Assembly: GCA_964016885.1 (NCBI GenBank)
Contig: OZ024743.1
Location: forward strand, 20,274,001 to 20,338,000
From: Eledone cirrhosa
Lineage: Eukaryota
Direction of reading: 5' to 3'
Length of the DNA stretch: 64,000 bases
This document shows positions 56,751 to 64,000 of the stretch, piece by piece; the stretch's first letter is position 1, and each line of letters starts with the position of its first letter. The translations under genes were made by a program, and so were the position numbers. Below the pieces are notes generated by a model. That model did not search any database. It was given only the letters and a program-made list of their open reading frames with translations, and had not been told where the DNA came from.

Positions 56751-59700
56751 TTTCTGTGTCTGTCTGTATGCCCCGTATACTAGCGCTTCGACAAATAGAG
56801 ATCGATAAAATAAGTACTAGTCTTGAAACAAAATAAGTACTGGGATCGATATAATCGACTAATATATATATATATATATCTATAATCGATTATATCGATC
56901 ACTACTTGTTTTGTTTATATATATATATAAATATATATATCCCTGTCTGCTGTCTAATAACTAGAACAAGTAAAACAACAAAAGAAGAAAAAAACGTATT
57001 TGTATGTATGAATGTGTATACATATGATGCATATGTGTGTTTACACCTATGCGTATATATGTAGTTACCGACTCTGTATATATACTCAGATATAACACCA
57101 TACACATCTGCTGCTTAGCACCCCCTCTCTATAATGTGCAGTCTCGGTTCCATACTGTACTTATACAGATATAGCTTTATCATACGTGTATACATCGCTG
57201 ATTACAATGGTGTATTCCACTATTACTTTTGGTAAGGTGAGAGAAGCCCAATGCACACTAAAATCCTCAGCTCATAAAGAATTTAAAACAGGTGAAATAT
57301 TCTTCGAAAGTTATAGTTCTTGTTGAGGACAGTACGGGTAGCATGTATGTATATATATTACAATCTGGAGCATATTTAAAAAATATCTTAAAACAGTTTA
57401 ATTTGAAAAATTCCTTAGCTAATTAATTACGGTTGATTATTATTATGGATGACAGACAATGTAAACTTCCAAAGCTGATTGATAACGCTTTATCTTGCAT
57501 TCTTAGCCAAAATCTGTGTTAAATTAATTGTTGGCGTAAAATATATCAATTCTAAAAGCTTTAAAATGTTATCCTACACTGATTTCCTTTCCCAAATCTG
57601 CCTATAGTTTTTCACCCATTCATCAACTTCACTTGTAACTGTTTTGCTTTCTGGAGAAGACCTAAAGTGAAAGACATTCTAACCAAGACCACCCCGCTTT
57701 TTTGTACCAAATTGTGAATTTGAGCAAATTTTATCTATTTATTTTAGCAGATCAATCCATTAAGTTATTGCTGGTAGTTCTCTTTGTTTCTTTTTTAGTC
57801 TGTCGGAATTATATTTCTTTTTAATCGTTAATTTTAAATAATTTACATTGAATATATAACATTTCCTACATTTATAGATTAAGTTACTTTACTTCATTGA
57901 ATAAAAGGTAACTTTAAAATAAATAAAAACTCCACTATTTACCTTACTACCGTCTATTAGTTATCTAACCCTGCTGCATCCTGAGCACATCCTACCGTTA
58001 TACAGCTAAGCATAGAAATAGAAATCATTTAAACTATCTCCCATACTTAGAGCAGACAGACAGCTTATAAACCAATTGGTTTTATCTTATTTTACTTCTA
58101 ACATGATTTAGAAATATTAATTACATCTCCAGTTCATTAGATTGTTGCCAACAGAATGCCATTTCCTTATTGTCAGTTTCATTAAAATTCCTTCAGCTTT
58201 ATTTATTTGTTTCTTTTCATTTTTGACTTTAAGTAAGTTGCAAAGTAAATAAATGAAATATTGATTTCTAAACAATTACCCTGACTCCGTTTCTTCTCTA
58301 TAAAGTATCTTTCTAAATTGCAATCCGACGAGAATAATTAACTAAATAGAAAGAAAGACCAAAACCACACTCATACGTGCATATGATGAAATTACACATG
58401 TAGATGGTTCGTTATAATTATTTACTACTTGACAAGTGTCTAAATAGTCAGCTTTTTTTTTTTAATTAGAAACTCAATCATCAAAGCTCGCCTTACACTA
58501 GTCGTCTTCCCATTCGTCTTAGTTTCTTTGGTTTTTATTCAACACTTTACCTACACCACACATCAGCCTAGTAACTCAACTTGCTGCTATATTTCCCTCT
58601 TCTATTTTCTTCTTTTTTTTTTTGTTCACTTATAATGTGTTTATATTTCTCCTACTTTGAATAAAATTCTCTTTTCTTTTCACTGCTTGCCATTCATAAA
58701 AATAGTAGTTTATCCAATTTTTTAAATCCTTATGCAGCATGTAAACAGGTGATGGAAGGCTGAGGGGAAAAAAAGACGTTTACTTTACTCTCACACACAA
58801 CCACTCTCATTCTGCGTCTCCCTATCCTTTTAAAATGTATCATTGATCTTTTCTTTCTTATAAATATTCTTCCGACTGTGTATTTTCTTCGACAGGATGT
58901 TTGATCTAAAAGTATTTTAGTAGATACGGTCACAATGCTACTGGAAAATGCGTGAACGTCAGGTCACCCTTTCCCTATTAAGTGGCTTTTAAAATATCCT
59001 ATTTCGTGCCTATGTAAGAAACAATCATCTGTCTGAGCTGTAGATCAAGTGATAGATAGTTGGTAAGCTAAAACCCAGACCTGATTTCAATTCTCGATCA
59101 AATACAATTCACTTACTCAAGTGATTATTGTCCTTGACCTCTCCTCTAACTTTATACTTACAAACATCCAGTATGAATTATTATTAAAGTTACTTAATGG
59201 CAGAAATAATATTAAACGAATATTTCATTTCAAGTCAGACAAGTATGATGATTTCGAACTTGAAAATCTAAATGATTGTAATCACGTGTGTTAGCATCTA
59301 ACAATGAATGTATGATTCTGAGAGGACAAACACATGACGTGCATGCTAACATTGTATGTGTATATATATCATGCGATTTTAGCCTCACGTTTCGAGAGAA
59401 GCGCGCGCAAGCCTGTAATTTATAGTGAATTGAGCCACGATGACATAAATATCGTATACTTTATTCTTCAAAAATTTATGAATATTCATGCTCCTGAATT
59501 AATCACTACAGAATAATTTATAGCTGTTGTAACTAAGTTATATGCCACCTGTTAAAAAAAGAAAAAGAAAAGCAAACACGATTTTAATTGTAAAATTGTA
59601 ATTGATTATTCAATGTGAATTTTCACATAATTCTGATAATCAAAGTCATCACTGTCAATGTGTATTTGTTAGGTGAGCCTTTACTCCATTGCTAGTCTAA

Positions 59701-60644
59701 GTTTCATGTTACAAGCAACTGATTAAAACCTCCACTTTGAATGAACAAACTCTACTATAGGTATTGAGTACTTCTGTCTCTCACAGAGAATTTATTCCAT
59801 TTATACATGGTGGAATCAGATTTTAAGCGTGGAATTTTTAGTTAACCAAATTCTTAAAGTTACTCTCTTGCTATTGTATATGAAGCACTTTCATCTAAAT
59901 AGATTTAAGAGTATCGTGAAGTAAAATACAAAAATACTGATACTAGTTGACTGACATAAACACACAACGTATCACAATGCAATGGTAATAACAAATAAAA
60001 AGAAGCACTTGCTAAAGAGAAGATATGTATATAAACAATTTTCAGACTAACTGGTCCAAGAGGAGCAAGTGTAGATATGTGTGAGGTGTGTTGGTCTGTA
60101 TGCATGTGTGAGGTGTGTTGGTCTCTATGCATGTGTTTCCATTTTAATGTGACATTCTATATAGTACAAATCATTATTTTCATAGTAGAAATCATTTTAA
60201 TGTGACATTCTATTAGCGTTAGCAAGGAAATGCAAGCAAAAACCATTGCTGAATTCTCATGGACATAGAATTTCATGTGCTTAATCTAAGCAGTGGGTTT
60301 ATATATAAATTTTATGCATTTTTTTCTTCCTTTTTTTTCTTAGTTAATCCTAAAGTAGCTTGGTTTTTCCAAACTATTACTCATATTTCTAAATATACTA
60401 CATACCAATCAATATATATATTTTTATAGGGGCGGTTATCTTCAGATATTCCATTATATATATATATATATTTATTGTACTTATTCTTACATTTTAGTGT
60501 GTTTTAACACAAGATTACTAAAATGAGTATAATCTTCCCCAAAAGTTGACAATCTTGTGAGATTGTAGCAGACTGAACTTTATCTTTTATAACTGTATCA
60601 GATTGTGTTTTTTGAAATATTCATTTTTGTATATGTTCTATATA

Positions 60645-61020
60645 TCATCATCATTTTAACATCTATTTTCCTCGCTTGCATGGGTTAGACAGGATGTCAC
60701 GTTAGACAGAGCAGGTCTGGAGACAATGTCTTGCTCATACAGATTTGTATTTTGGCTTTGTTTCTACTGGTGGATGCTCTTCCTAATGCCAACTCTGTTA
60801 CAGTGGTGACTGGGTGATTTTTATTGGCACCATAATGAGCACCTTACAGCATGGACTGGGTACTTTTTGTCATGACACCAGCAGAACCACTTTACAGGGT
60901 GGACTGGGTGCTTTTTTTTTTTTTTTTTTTTTTTTTTGACAGCAACAGGATGAACTGGGTGCTTTTGTGGTTGTGGTACCAGATCAGCATACAAGGTGCA
61001 CTTAGCGCTTTTTGTCATGG
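60645..61020 (-). mobile_element. Diverged RTE 3' UTR relic
   Basis: (CAT)n-TTTAAC...GCTTGCATGGGTTAGAC...TGGATGCTCTTCCTAATGCCAAC parallels the 3' UTRs at 2045 and 7920. Confidence 0.65.
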
Positions 61021-61385
61021 CATTGGAATTGTGGAAGAACAGATGTAGAGCATGTCAAGCTTTCATGCTTGTATGTATGGGTTGGGTAGGAGAAGTCTAT
61101 CAGGGGTGAGGATTTGGAAGAGGGTACAAGTAGGCAAGTTTGACTTGGACAAGGTGTGGGATATTTAGTGAGCGTGGAGTGTTAGAACTGGGGAGAGGGA
61201 ATGGTGAAGAGAATATTGGTGCTGACTAGTGTGTCCTCTACATGTTTGATTCATTTCATTTTGTGCACATTGGAAAGTTGGTCTTGTCTATATATAGACA
61301 AGACCGGCTTGTGTGTGTGTTTGTGTATATATATATACATATATACACACAAAAACTGGCTTAAATGTATGCATGTATATATATA

Positions 61386-62020
61386 CTAGCAGCAGTACCC
61401 AGCGTTGCCTGGGTAGGTAAAATAATATCTGCTTTGATGAAAAGGTGTTGATCTTAGCGACTGCTTCTCGATGACTCATCTATGGCCACACACAGGCCAT
61501 GCGGGGGAGGGTGGTGATGACCTCTATCACTGAGAAATGCGGGTGGCTGACGAACGGGCATGCTGGGGGAGGGAGGTAAAATTTGAACAAAGTAGGTTGA
61601 TTAATGTGGGAGCTAGAGCCGAAAAAGTGGAAATTTGAGTCTAAAAGTGGTATTTTTGAATATTTAAACGGCTGCCACGCCGTCCCTGAACAACAAATGC
61701 ATAATATAAAGCCATTACAGGATGTGCAATGATAAATTCTATTTTGCTTTAAAATTTAAACGAAATCCGTGGCAAAATGTGGCCAAAAATCTTATTTTTC
61801 GATACCTAAAAAAAGGTGACCCTACCCCCTATCGATTTTTATCTGCAGAATGACCCTGGAATAAAAAAAAACCATACGCTGATATATAGAAAACACTCCC
61901 CGATGACTAATCTATGAGCCTGTAAAGTTTCATGATAATCGGCCGTAAGATGTAGGCCCCTATAGGTAATACCAGGCACACACACACACATACTTAATTT
62001 TATATATATATATATACAGA
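61386..62020 (-). mobile_element. Non-autonomous Helitron
   Basis: Plus strand A|CTAG...TACCCAGCGTTGCCTGGGTA hairpin; other end (CA)n-TTTTATATA as at 33605. Confidence 0.72.
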
Positions 62021-64000
62021 TATATACACACACATGTATATGTGGCGGCATGGAAACATGGAAATACTTGATTTGGTGCCCGAGCACGTCGTTAGCAACC
62101 AGGAGTGTGAGACTCCTAGATCTTGTTAGGCCTTCAATCTAAGAGAAAGAAAACTGATGTAAAACCTGTGATTCGATGTTCAACTGTTCTTTTTAGAATA
62201 CCTGTCACCGTTCAGTGCAAAGCATTTCTTTACTTTAAAGAAAAGCTTCAAGCTCATGCATCACTTGATCTAAATGACTTTCATGTGTGTTGCATGAGCA
62301 TGGCTTTTTCTGTCGTCTTGCGTTGCAGCATATGCAGAAAGTCCTTGGCAGGGTTTAAAAGTCATGTTCGTGCCACCCTTGTATGAGAAAAAGGTCAAGG
62401 GATGGCATTTCTAGAAACTGAGATGCAGCCACTTATATGTATGCTTGCATGTAAAAAGTAAGCAGAAAACAACAAAGCAAACGATGCAGTACAATAAAGA
62501 TATATATTGATTTAACATTTGATACAGTAGAAAAAAGTCTTAACATTTTGGACACTAGCCTGAGAAGAGGAAGAAAAAAAAAAGTTTTTTGAGAAAAAGC
62601 ATGTGTGTTCAGTCAGTCATGTTGAGGGGGAAAAGTGTGTGTATGTTGTCACTCTTTAGCCCTAGGACAATCCTGACCAATAGACGAACTATAATCAATG
62701 ACATCTAGGCTTTTGGGGCATATTTAGGACTACATTATCAAATGAGTCATTTATTTAATTTAAAGACGGTAGGGTATGATTTGAAGGATATTTAGCAGCT
62801 ATTTCTAGCAAATATAGGTTCATTCATTGGTTTGCACTTGTGTATAGAAATGTAGGGTAAATTACAAGTATGTATCGTCTTAGTAAATACATGTTAACCT
62901 CTCTGTGAAGAGCAGACATGGTAGTTAAACCACAGGTTTTTAACCATAATATTAACTTTTCACATTAAGGCTAAACTCGATATTTACTAAGAAAAACACA
63001 TGCTCGTAAGTTTACCTTATATTTTTACTTATCCAACTGTTGTGTAAAAAATCTAAATCGATAAACGAAATAATTAGTTATACCTAATTGTTTATATTGT
63101 AAATAAAAATGAGCTAGCCTTTTATATATGTGTATCAAGTCTGGAGAATGTATTACCCATTCTGGGCAGATATTGTTTATTCTTTAGTTCTTTCAGAATT
63201 TGGTCTACTATTTGGTTTTCTTCCACTTACACTCAGGACTTGCATAAGCAATCCATTCTTGGAATTTATTTCTCTAGTTTTATTATCTGACCAAATGCTC
63301 AGATATTCGGTGCAATCACTACTTCCAGTACAAAAAGTCTAAAAAAGCACCATTGTCAGATGAGCCTAGTTGATTTCTTTAAAGCCACTTCATTTTTAAG
63401 CATATAGAATTTGACAGAATGCTGGGAGGATTTCAAATTTGAAAGTGTGAACGTCCCAAAAGTAGAAAACGACTGTAAAAATAATCTATCACTATAAATA
63501 ATAGTTGATAAAATCGGATAAATTATCGATAGACGGAATAAATGGACAGACGCAGGTACTTTTATTATTTATAGTTTTAGACTGTTATTATATTTTCTGT
63601 ATTTGGGACGCTCACATTTTCACTTAATTTTTCTCTTTAAGGATGTTTACCCTGTGATATGGAAATATACTGGCTGGATTAATTTCTAAGCAAGTCATTT
63701 CTGAATATATATACATCTAGTCTATTACTCTTTGTTTTATTTTCAGGTGTGTTATAACTTGGAGAAAAAAACCTTTGGTCTTTTTTTTTATGCTAGGGTT
63801 TAACTTGAGGGAGATTTAATTATTTCTAAAAGGACAAAGTGACCACCTTCTTAGTCTACTTTTAATTTCTTTTTATTCTAAATGGTACAATATAAGTTCC
63901 ATTAGTTAACTCATCTCTCATGTTACATCACAACAATCTTACTTTTGAAAAGTTTTGCAAAGGCAAAATTATTGTTGTTGTTTAGCCCCAGGTCAGATCT

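Noticed and set aside
62290-62386. C2H-like ORF end (CSICRKSLAGFKSHVR)
   Set aside because: Resembles a decayed LINE C-terminal zinc knuckle; no support for a host gene
63725-63760. Strong acceptor TTTTATTTTCAG as exon 2 of the signal-peptide gene
   Set aside because: Phase-1 joining gives G-V-L-stop immediately

Overview
AT-rich, microsatellite-dense eukaryotic DNA. The repeat content (RTE LINEs, tRNA/CORE-type SINEs, (TA)n/(CA)n tracts) suggests a cephalopod, probably Octopus; this is inference. Almost all long ORFs belong to transposons: five copies of two related RTE subfamilies (one near full length with a PHD-like finger, all truncated or disrupted), older RTE relics and several Penelope-like elements (PLEs). 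There are also four Helitron-type elements, hAT- and piggyBac-like MITEs and many SINEs. The only credible host coding sequence is a signal-peptide exon at 48339-48429 (+). The most striking pattern is a dense set of type I hammerhead-ribozyme (HHR) motifs from many unrelated PLE termini: about nine complete or variant motifs and several half-motifs. The short PLE relics sit in (TA)n tracts and repeatedly end or fold back into hairpins within HHR stem II or at the predicted cleavage site. All coordinates and pairings were read by eye; no searches or folding programs were run.
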